From positions 36,340,853 through 36,390,775 of the forward strand of contig JBOZIK010000001.1 in NCBI GenBank assembly GCA_051453625.1: a DNA stretch of 49,923 bases, in the 5' to 3' direction. Source of the DNA: Welwitschia mirabilis (lineage: Eukaryota). Position 1 is the stretch's first letter. Each line of letters begins with the position of its first letter. Of this stretch, positions 21,661-33,600 are shown one piece after another. The notes below the pieces were generated by a model that did no database searches, was not told the origin of the DNA, and worked only from the letters and a program-made list of their open reading frames with translations. The position numbers and the translations under genes are program-made.

Positions 21661-24600
21661 TCGAATGCTTTCCTTAACCATTTCAAAGATCAGGAAGATG
21701 AGGAAGACACTACAACGCGCACACAACATATTAAAAATTCATCAAGAAAGAGTGGTAATAAAATAATAAAAAAGCTACAATATTCAAATTTTAGCCCCTG
21801 TTTTTATACCATCATCAGCTTAAGATAAACGTCAATAACTGGCTTAAACAATTTCCCTTCACATAATAGTAGTATTCTAATATGAAGATGATGTTTTTTT
21901 AACAGCACCATTGTTTCTAATATTCAGATAAAAAGAACCAAATAAATGGAAAAATCAACACTGCAATGCCTTCAATACATAACCACACACCTCACTGAAG
22001 TTTCACAGAATAAACATGTGACTGTCTTATACATCTNNNNNNNNNNNNNNNNNNNNNNNNNNNNNNNNNNNNNNNNNNNNNNNNNNNNNNNNNNNNNNNN
22101 NNNNNNNNNNNNNNNNNNNNNNNNNNNNNNNNNNNNNNNNNNNNNNNNNNNNNNNNNNNNNNNNNNNNNNNNNNNNNNNNNNNNNNNNNNNNNNNNNNNN
22201 NNNNNNNNNNNNNNNNNNNNNNNNNNNNNNNNNNNNNNNNNNNNNNNNNNNNNNNNNNNNNNNNNNNNNNNNNNNNNNNNNNNNNNNNNNNNNNNNNNNN
22301 NNNNNNNNNNNNNNNNNNNNNNNNNNNNNNNNNNNNNNNNNNNNNNNNNNNNNNNNNNNNNNNNNNNNNNNNNNNNNNNNNNNNNNNNNNNNNNNNNNNN
22401 NNNNNNNNNNNNNNNNNNNNNNNNNNNNNNNNNNNNNNNNNNNNNNNNNNNNNNNNNNNNNNNNNNNNNNNNNNNNNNNNNNNNNNNNNNNNNNNNNNNN
22501 NNNNNNNNNNNNNNNNNNNNNNNNNNNNNNNNNNNNNNNNNNNNNNNNNNNNNNNNNNNNNNNNNNNNNNNNNNNNNNNNNNNNNNNNNNNNNNNNNNNN
22601 NNNNNNNNNNNNNNNNNNNNNNNNNNNNNNNNNNNNNNNNNNNNNNNNNNNNNNNNNNNNNNNNNNNNNNNNNNNNNNNNNNNNNNNNNNNNNNNNNNNN
22701 NNNNNNNNNNNNNNNNNNNNNNNNNNNNNNNNNNNNNNNNNNNNNNNNNNNNNNNNNNNNNNNNNNNNNNNNNNNNNNNNNNNNNNNNNNNNNNNNNNNN
22801 NNNNNNNNNNNNNNNNNNNNNNNNNNNNNNNNNNNNNNNNNNNNNNNNNNNNNNNNNNNNNNNNNNNNNNNNNNNNNNNNNNNNNNNGCTTATCCTAAGA
22901 GTTGATTCAAAAGTGAAAAGCACAGATTTTCCCCACATTCTCACTTCTTAATATGTCTAATATTTTCATTGCATATAAAAGAATAGCTGGAAAAGAGGCG
23001 CTGTTCTAATGTGATGACTGTTTAGTTAACTGTGCTAAGAAAGTAGTTCTTATGACAAAGGAGAAAAAGGTATCTCATAAGAGAACTCTTTGAAATCAGT
23101 TATCCTGATTGTTCTTTTATCCCCTCCCATGGTCAGCAAAAGGAGCAGAGAAGATGTTTAACAAGGTTCATTAAATGGCTGAGACTGAGTTCTCTTGTAA
23201 ATTAAAGGGGAACAACGCTATTATGACTTATGAGGAGGTCTGGGATATGCCACAGTTTGCATGTTCGCATGTGAGACAGCTTAATTTACAGCAGAAAACC
23301 ATAGGAATGNNNNNNNNNNGTAAATTAATAAGGTTTTATGGTTATGAGTCTATGATTTATATGCTAAAATTATTGAACTATATTGCATCATAGAGATGTT
23401 TTTCAACAAATATCACAGAATTTGAAATTGCAGGGATATGATATCACAACGAATCATTGAAATAAGATGGTAAACAAGATATGAAATTGTTAAATCTGGG
23501 ACAATGCAAACAGTTCAGATTGCAAGGAAAAGCAACAATATGTGTGAAAGCTCTAAGAAGAACAACTGTCATCCATAACAACAGTTGTACACCAATAGTT
23601 TGGAGAGACAAAAACAGGAAAGAAATTTCCAAGAAAACATTGCAGTGTCCAAATATTCATAACAACAGTGTCAAATTTTTGGCACATTTTTTGGCACATC
23701 TATAGGATATCTCTTTTGACATATTTTCTACCCCTTTTATAGTTACTGTAAGCAGTTGAAAAAGATTGCATATGAGGACATTGAATTAAGAACCATGCTA
23801 TACAACATAACACAAAGAGATCTTATAGTATCTGATTATTTGAGAAATAATTCGAATGAAACCAGGTCACAGAGTGACAAACTACATGGAAATCGAATAT
23901 GAGAAAATGTCTAAAACCAAACAAGGCAAGGAACTTACTTGTGACACAGAGAGATGCCTCACAGAATCACTGGATAGTCACCTGGAGGGTCTGGGATTGT
24001 AATATGAGAGGAAGTGAATGAAGGAATCACAGTTCGGAAACAGAGGGGCGACATCAATTTACAGAATCATGAAACGTCGCTAGGCCATTGTTGATTGACT
24101 GTAAGTAGCGACTCCTTCATTGCTACTGCGTCGCTGGGCGATGATTGGTGGTGACAACTACCATTGAAGGTCCCTCGTGACTGGGGTCGCTAGGTGATTC
24201 AAGTAGCTACAATGGTCTGTAGGCCATCATCAAAACCTATGTTATTAGGCGACAAGGTGGCTACATTCCTACTATAGGATTGCCGTGACTTGTGTCACTA
24301 AGCAACAAGGGATAGTGATAGTTTAAGAAGTGAGAAAAATCAAGGGTTTTAAAGAAAGATCCATGTGCCTCTAGACCTAATGGGTTTAGCTATTAGTGTG
24401 ACGAATTGTGCTTGAGAAACATTTACTTAATGGAAAAGTTCCCTACCTAAGATAATTAGCCAAACTATGAAAAGAACGAAGAGATAAAAAAGAAGAGATA
24501 GAGGGTGCTACATAGAAGATCCGCGTGTTTACTGCCCGTTAACAATCAATCCGAATCCGAACCTTCCTTCAACCTCACCTAAGATAATTAGCCAAACTAT

Positions 24601-27239
24601 GAAAAGAACGATCTAAAAATTCTATGCTAAGTGCACCTAATATTTGGTATAGAGATAAAAAGAAGAGATAGAGGGTGCTCTTCCAAGAATTGATGAAGGG
24701 TAGCCAACTTTGAATGAAACATCCTACATTGTCCATACATTTTTCAAAGGCATATGTTGGCTCATCACACCACCATCAAATCCATGAGGTTTTATCCATT
24801 CATTAATTCAAATTAGAAAGGAGGAAGGTCAGTGGTTTATTATTTTTGAAGTAACAATACACAGCTGAAGACTTCTTTTGATGAATCTGACTCGATATGG
24901 ACATTGCATGGGATCAAATTAGATCTATGACATCACGTGGATTGAATCTAAGCAGCTTATAGCTACAAAAGTCATTAATATCAAATGAAAAGTGAAGATG
25001 ACAATCAACTAACCTCAGAGAGATTTGGAAATTTAGTCCTCATTCACCTACCAAATATTACTATTTTTAAATATTTAGGTTATGACAAATTGCTCCTCTT
25101 CCTACAAGGGGACTATCAAGTGCAAGTCTTCCACTAAGCTAGAGTCTTGCATTCGCAAGCTACCTTTTAAATAAGGCTTTAAACGCAGCCCATTGACATG
25201 GAAGGTTTACTAAGAAGCAGTATCTTGAATGCAAATGGGCCCACTAAGTTGAATTTTCACAATACAATAGGGCCCTAACCATCCAGACACAAGCTTATTG
25301 TGGATCATACTGGCTTTAATGTTAAAAAGGAGTACTAATTAACCAGACTCGAAATGTTTTGAGTCAGAGATGTTTATCATGATAATATTTGGTTGAGTTT
25401 TGGCAATAAATTGAGGAGGAAGAATATGAATTTTCTTTTCATCAAGATGCTAAAGGTAGGTGAGGCAATCATAGAGATTAGATTCTTGATCCAATAAATT
25501 CAAGGTATGGCAGCTCTTTAAAGGAATGGAAAGCAATATTCGCTAGAAGCACATGAGATTTGCCATAAACCAATTCCTAAGAAGAGAAGCCAAGAGAATT
25601 TCACCAACTTGTTCTACAAGACCAAAGGACGTTGTCAAGTTTCAAAGCATAATTCTAACATGAAGAGTTAATAGTTTTCTAAAATATCTTCTTAATTTCC
25701 CCATTAGCATTTTCAACCTGCCCATGTGTTTGAGAATGATAAGCATTACTAACTTGATGTTCAATTCCTACCTATAAGAGAAGTTTCCTAACGATCTTAT
25801 CAATAAAATGAGCTCCTTGATCACCAATGAGAATTCCAGGAAAACCAAAATGGGAGGGAAAATGGTATTAGATAAAAAAACAAATAGTTAAGGCATCATT
25901 GCTTATGGCAGGANNNNNNNNNNNNNNNNTTGTGACATAATCAATAGCAACTAAGATGTCTTTGTTCTCACAAGATGGGGGATCGAATGTTCCAATACAA
26001 TCAATTCCCCAACAATTAAAAGGCCCAAACTCTATGGTAAGGTGAAGTGGCATGTCTTCTTTCCAAATGAATCCTTTGACTTCTCGACAAGCTTCCCATG
26101 TTCTAACAAATTCACAAGAGTCATGAAATACAGAAGGCCAATAGAGACCGACATGAATTTTCATGGCTACCTTCTTTCCACTAAAGTGTCCTTCAAGAAC
26201 TCAACCATGCCAAAGTTGTATAATCTATTGTTGTTCCCATTCGAGGATGCATCTCCTCACGATCTGATCTTTACATCTTCTATATAGAAAAGGAGGGATC
26301 CACCCATATTCACCTATCCTATGAAGGAAGACTTTTCATTAACATGGAGTCCATGTTGGAGGTGTCTTAAAGCTAAAAAGGTAACTAACAATATCCAAAT
26401 ACCATGGATCAGAATGCTTTGCACATTGGCCTTTCAATTCTTGAACAAGGAATACGTATTCATCTGGAAATTCGACCTTGACAAGTAAGGGTTTAAAGGA
26501 GGAGGAGAAAGGTAAATGTAAAAGATGATTGGCTACGACATTTCCGTTCCAAATTTATCTATTATGGTGAGGTTAAATTCGTAAAGTTGTAAGATCTACC
26601 TTATAAGATAGTCCCCCATTGTTGCCTTGATCATAAGATAACAAATGGCTAAGTGATCTGTATAAACATTAGTCTGATATCCCAAAAGATAATAGCAAAA
26701 TTTTTCAAGAGAATGAACAATGTAGCTAGTAATTCTTTTTCTGTAAGGGTGTAATTAAGTTGAGTACTTGAAAGACTTTTACTCATATAAGTAAGGACAT
26801 AAAAATTTTTACCATCTTTTTTCCCTAGGTCTCCACCAATAGCATGATCACTTCAACCAGAGATTAATTCAAAATAATTTTGACCAATGTGGTACAAGTA
26901 AGATATGAGTAGTAGAAACTTTCTCTTTTAAAATCTCAAAAGCTTCTTGATAAACATGGTTCTCTTTTATAATATGAAAGGCTTCTTGACAAGGATGGTT
27001 CCACTCAAATTTAGCGTTAGGAGTTAATGAAGAGGTTTATAGATTTTTGTGAGGTCTTTGATGAATCTCCTATAAAATCCAACGTAAGCTAGAAAGGATC
27101 TCACCTGTTGTTATATCTTTGATTACGTAGATCTTAGGTGCGTCAATCTGAATTCCCTGCGTCAACAAAATATGTCCAAGGACAACTCCATTTTGAACTA
27201 AGAATATGCCCTCCTCCCAACTAAGTTAAAACCAGTTTT

Positions 27240-27610
27240 TGTTGATATGTGAAGCCAAATTTGTTATTTTATGTTATCATGTTATGCTTTAACATTGACC
27301 CCTCTTTTAACGTTGTAAAAGGGAAGTTACAGTGTTAACTCCCTTGGAGTGGTTTATTCAGGGGGTAAAAAGGAAGAAATGATAAATGATAAGTTTGGCT
27401 TGTAACCCTAACCTTAAGCTTATTTAAACCTGCTTGAGTGTTGTGTGTATCAATCTTGACATTTGCTCTTAAACAATCAATCAAGCTCCACATTGCTTCT
27501 TATGGACATAGGGTAAAAAAGGCCCAAACCACGTAAATTTGTGTGTTGTTCTTTCCTTTTGCTTGCTATTCTATTTTGTTTTAGTGCATTCTTGTTGGTA
27601 AATCTCTAAC
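27240..27610 (+). repeat. 5' LTR of Copia-B
   Basis: Direct repeat of 36501-36874; the last base and the PBS fall in the N gap. Confidence 0.92.
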
Positions 27611-30600
27611 NNNNNNNNNNNNNNNNNNNNNNNNNNNNNNNNNNNNNNNNNNNNNNNNNNNNNNNNNNNNNNNNNNNNNNNNNNNNNNNNNNNNNNNNNN
27701 NNNNNNNNNNNNNNNNNNNNNNNNNNNNNNNNNNNNNNNNNNNNNNNNNNNNNNNNNNNNNNNNNNNNNNNNNNNNNNNNNNNNNNNNNNNNNNNNNNNN
27801 NNNNNNNNNNNNNNNNNNNNNNNNNNNNNNNNNNNNNNNNNNNNNNNNNNNNNNNNNNNNNNNNNNNNNNNNNNNNNNNNNNNNNNNNNNNNNNNNNNNN
27901 NNNNNNNNNNNNNNNNNNNNNNNNNNNNNNNNNNNNNNNNNNNNNNNNNNNNNNNNNNNNNNNNNNNNNNNNNNNNNNNNNNNNNNNNNNNNNNNNNNNN
28001 NNNNNNNNNNNNNNNNNNNNNNNNNNNNNNNNNNNNNNNNNNNNNNNNNNNNNNNNNNNNNNNNNNNNNNNNNNNNNNNNNNNNNNNNNNNNNNNNNNNN
28101 NNNNNNNNNNNNNNNNNNNNNNNNNNNNNNNNNNNNNNNNNNNNNNNNNNNNNNNNNNNNNNGCGAGGTTCTAGGTGCCTTCCCTTCAAATCCTTTTTTA
28201 AGGCCTTCCGAGGAGTGAGCGAATGGCCTATGGAATGGAGGAAGTGGAGCAAGTGAAGTAAGCTCGAAATTCTCGTACAATTTTGGTCATTCGTATAATT
28301 TGTATGCTTCCATTAGTTTGTATGCTTGTGTTACTTTGTACATTTGTGTTTTGTACTTCTGCAATGCTAAGGTTTTGGGGAGTTTGGAAAATCTTGATGG
28401 AGGACATCCTGCAACAAAAAGGATGTAAAATCATTTTGAAGACAAAAGCACAAGCAAAGGCAAATCTAAAGATGGATGATACTGCTTAGTTAACCTTCAT
28501 GCTAAAAGCCAAATGCAATGAGTTGAATTCCAATGCCTTGTCTTTCATTCACCCCTATCTCAGCACTAGCGCTTCAAAGGCTCATTCTAGCGTCCAAATT
28601 GCACAAGAGCTTTGGCAAAAGTCGAAAAATCGGTACGATCAGCCATCTATGATAAATAAGTATGTGATCCTTAGCCAAGCTTTTACTACAAAAAGGAATG
28701 AGGGAAAAACTTCTTGAGTCCTCTGGACGAGATGCAAAACATATTCTCGCAAATTGATGATCTTTGAATCACATTTTTGGAGAAGATACGTATTACTACA
28801 ATCCTAATTTCTTTGCCTCAAAGCTGGTCACATGTTGTAACTCCAATTTTTATGTCTGCTAGTAAGAATAATTTGATGCTTGAAGAACTAATTTCAATGT
28901 TGCTGGATATAGAAAAGCNNNNNNNNNNNNNNNNNNNNNNNNNNNNNNNNNNNNNNNNNNNNNNNNNNNNNNNNNNNNNNNNNNNNNNNNNNNNNNNNNN
29001 NNNNNNNNNNNNNNNNNNAAAAGGAATGAGGGAAAAACTTCTTGAGTCCTCTGGACAAGATGCAAAACATATTCTCGCAAATTGATGATCTTTGAATCAC
29101 ATTTTTGGAGAAGATACGTATTACTACAATCCTGATGTCGTTGCCTCAAAGTTGGTCACATGTTGTAACTCCAATTTTTATGTCTGCTAGTAAGAATAAT
29201 TTAATGCTTGAAGAACTAATTTCAATGTTGCTGGATATAGAAAAGCAGAATTCATTCAATTCCTCTAGTAGGTAAATCCCAAAGTAGGGACATTGTCTGC
29301 TACTACTGCAAAAAGAAAAGACAAATGATAAGAGATTGTTGGAAGCTCAAAGAAAAGCGTTACGCAAAAGGAAAAAAAGGAGACTTCCAGTTCCACCTGA
29401 CTTTCGGATGGCAAGCTTGCGCAATTCTATTAACACATGGAGGAGATGTTAATATCTCTGTGCATTCAGTTCCTAAAGTTTGGATACTTGATACTGTGCC
29501 TCATTTCATGTCTGCCCTAGTGAAGCATCCCTCTCTTCTTATGAAACTGTCATAGATAGTTCATGTGTTTGGTTGGGAGATGATCGCAGATATGAGATCA
29601 AAGGCAAAGGAATAGTTATGCTGAGGAGGTAGAATGGCCAAACCATTACTTTGACCAATGTCAGATAGGTTCCAANNNNNNNNNNNNNNNNNNNNNNNNN
29701 NNNNNNNNNNNNNNNNNNNNNNNNNNNNNNNNNNNNNNNNNNNNNNNNNNNNNNNNNNNNNNNNNNNNNNNNNNNNNNNNNNNNNNNNNNNNNNNNNNNN
29801 NNNNNNNNNNNNNNNNNNNNNNNNNNNNNNNNNNNNNNNNNNNNNNNNNNNNNNNNNNNNNNNNNNNNNNNNNNNNNNNNNNNNNNNNNNNNNNNNNNNN
29901 NNNNNNNNNNNNNNNNNNNNNNNNNNNNNNNNNNNNNNNNNNNNNNNNNNNNNNNNNNNNNNNNNNNNNNNNNNNNNNNNNNNNNNNNNNNNNNNNNNNN
30001 NNNNNNNNNNNNNNNNNNNNNNNNNNNNNNNNNNNNNNNNNNNNNNNNNNNNNNNNNNNNNNNNNNNNNNNNNNNNNNNNNNNNNNNNNNNNNNNNNNNN
30101 NNNNNNNNNNNNNNNNNNNNNNNNNNNNNNNNNNNNNNNNNNNNNNNNNNNNNNNNNNNNNNNNNNNNNNNNNNNNNNNNNNNNNNNNNNNNNNNNNNNN
30201 NNNNNNNNNNNNNNNNNNNNNNNNNNNNNNNNNNNNNNNNNNNNNNNNNNNNNNNNNNNNNNNNNNNNNNNNNNNNNNNNNNNNNNNNNNNNNNNNNNNN
30301 NNNNNNNNNNNNNNNNNNNNNNNNNNNNNNNAATCTGATCTTAGCTAATCAGCTTTATGACAGTGGTTTTACAGCCATGTTTGATAACAATTCCTAAAAA
30401 ATGAGCAAATGAGCACTGGTGATGGTTCATGAGACTAGAGAAGATACCATGTATGTCTTACATTTTGCTAATCCTATCAGTATCGCTTGTGTTACTACTA
30501 GAGAAGTTATAAGAGGTACTTGGCACAAGTGTCTTGGACATCTAAGCGAAACAGGTCTGTATGTACTTGTTTCTAAAAGTTTATTGCCCAAATTTTCTCT

Positions 30601-33600
30601 CGCTTTTGATTTCTATTCACATTGTGTGATTGGTAAAAGTAAGAGACTAAATTTTAGAAGAAACAGTAAGCATTTAAAACAACATAGATTAGAATTAATT
30701 CATTCTAGTTTGGTTGGCCCCATTGGACACACCTCGCTGGGAAGTGTTGTATATTTCATTACTTTTGTTAATCATTTTCTAAGTTGTGGTTATATCCTTT
30801 AGAGCCAAAAGATGAAACTTTTAAAGCATTCAGAATTTTTAAGGCTATTCTTGAGAATGAAAGTGGCTGAAAAATTAAAGAATTGTTGATAGATAAAAAG
30901 GTAAGTTTACTTCAAGAAGTTTGATAACTTCTATAAGGAAGCTAGAATTATTCATCACAGAACATTGGCTACAACAACATAACAAAATGGAATTCCTAAA
31001 AAGCATAACAAGATCATTTTGGAAAGAGTGAAAAATGTTCTCACACATTCTTATTTGTCCAAATAGTGTATATTTGCTGAATAGGTGTTCACATAATGGA
31101 ATTGATGGACAAATACCAAAATGTCAATTGAATGAGAGTTCTATTTTTTACTCTCACCTTAGGATGATCGGATACGAAGCCTATGTTCGACANNNNNNNN
31201 NNNNNNNNNNNNNNNNNNNNNNNNNNNNNNNNNNNNNNNNNNNNNNNNNNNNNNNNNNNNNNNNNNNNNNNNNNNNNNNNNNNNNNNNNNNNTAATAGAG
31301 AAGTTATAAGAGGTACTTCGCCCAAGTGTCTTGGACATCTAAGCGAAACAGGTCTGTATGTACTTGTTTCTAAAAGTTTATTGCCCAATTTTTCTCTCGC
31401 TTTTGATTTCTATTCACATTGTGTGATTGGTAAAAGTAAGAGACTAAATCTTAGAAGAAACAGTAAGCATTTAAAACAACATAGATTAGAATTAATTCAT
31501 TCTAATTTGGTTGGCCCCATTGGACACACCTCGCTGGGAAGTGTTGTATATTTCATTACTTTTGTTAATCATTTTTCTAAGTTGTGGTTATATCCTTTAA
31601 AGCCAAAAGATGAAACTTTTAAAGCATTCAGAATTTTTAAGGTTGTTCTTGAGAATGAAACTGGCTGAAAAATTAAAGAATTGTTGATAGATAAAGAGGT
31701 AAGTTTACTTCGAGGAGTCTGATAACTTCTATAAGGAAGCTAGAATTATTCATCACAGAACATTGGCTACAACAACATAACAAAATGGAATCCCTTAAAA
31801 GCATAACAAGATCATTTTGGAAAGAGTGAAAAATGTTCTCACACATTCTTATTTGTCCAAATAGTTTTGGGCTGAAGTTGCAAATATTATTGTATGTTTG
31901 CTGAATAGGTGTTCACATAATGGAATTGATGGACAAATACCAAAATGTCAGGTGAATGAGAGTTCTATTTTTTACTCTCACCTTAGGATGATTGGATGCG
32001 AAGCCTATGTTCACCAACAAAGTGCTCCAAAGCTTGGAAAAAGGGCTAGAAAATGTTTGTTTCTAGGTTATGGTGGTGATGACCATGGTTTCAGGCCGTG
32101 GGATTCTACAGCAAAGAAGGTGATTAGACCTCATGATATGGGTTTTAATGAAGATGATGTACTTTAAATCACAAGAAAGGATTCAAAATGAGTAAATTTT
32201 TGATCCTAACATCCTTCTAATGCCTATCAAAATTCCAGATCAATTTAGAAATCATCACAGGTTGAAGATAGTTTCAAAGGAGCTCCTTTAAGGAGGAAGA
32301 TGAAAAAGTGGAATAGGAGAATGTTCCTGAAACTGGACCTGAACCTGAACAGAATGTAGAGAACCTTTAAACTCTAGAACATTGGTTTAGGTGTTCTACC
32401 AAGCCTCGCAAACCACCTTCCAAATATTCTCCATCGTTAAATTATATTGTTTACCCAAATGCAAGATAACCATAGTCATAGTAAGAAGTCATTTNNNNNN
32501 NNNNNNNNNNNNNNNNNNNNNNNNNNNNNNNNNNNNNNNNNNNNNNNNNNNNNNNNNNNNNNNNNNNNNNNNNNNNNNNNNNNNNNNNNNNNNNNNNNNN
32601 NNNNNNNNNNNNNNNNNNNNNNNNNNNNNNNNNNNNNNNNNNNNNNNNNNNNNNNNNNNNNNNNNNNNNNNNNNNNNNNNNNNNNNNNNNNNNNNNNNNN
32701 NNNNNNNNNNNNNNNNNNNNNNNNNNNNNNNNNNNNNNNNNNNNNNNNNNNNNNNNNNNNNNNNNNNNNNNNNNNNNNNNNNNNNNNNNNNNNNNNNNNN
32801 NNNNNNNNNNNNNNNNNNNNNNNNNNNNNNNNNNNNNNNNNNNNNNNNNNNNNNNNNNNNNNNNNNNNNNNNNNNNNNNATGCCTATCAAAATTCTAGAT
32901 CAATTTAGAAATCATCACAGGTTGAAGATAGTTTCAAAGTAGCTCCTTTAAGGAGGAAGATGAAAAAAGTGGAATAGGAGAATGTTCCTGAAACTGGACC
33001 TGAACCTGAACAGAATGTAGAGAACCTTTAGACTCTAGACCATTGGGTTAGGTGTTCTACCAAGCCTCGCAAACCACCTTCCAAATATTCTCTGTCGTTA
33101 AATTATATTGTTTANNNNNNNNNNNNNNNNNNNNNNNNNNNNNNNNNNNNNNNNNNNNNNNNNNNNNNNNNNNNNNNNNNNNNNNNNNNNNNNNNNNNNN
33201 NNNNNNNNNNNNNNNNNNNNNNNACTTGAGAGTTAGTGCCTTTGCCACCCGGGAAAAGGGCATTAAAAAATAGACAGATTTATAAGTTTAAACAAGAAAC
33301 TAATGGAGAAAAATGTTACAGGGCTAGGTTGGTAGTGAAGGGCTTTGCACAAAGGAAACGTATTGATTTCAATGAATTTTTCTCTCCTATTGTTAAATAT
33401 ACCTTCATTCATATGATTCTGACTATTACGGCTTGCATAGATTTCGAATTGGAACAACTAGATATCAAAATTGCTTTCTTGTATCATGATTTGTAAGAAG
33501 AAATTTACATGGAATAACAAGAGGATTTTGGAAATGGCAAGAACATAATATGCAGGTTGAAGAGAAGTTTTTATGGCTTAAAATAAACATCCAGGCAAAG

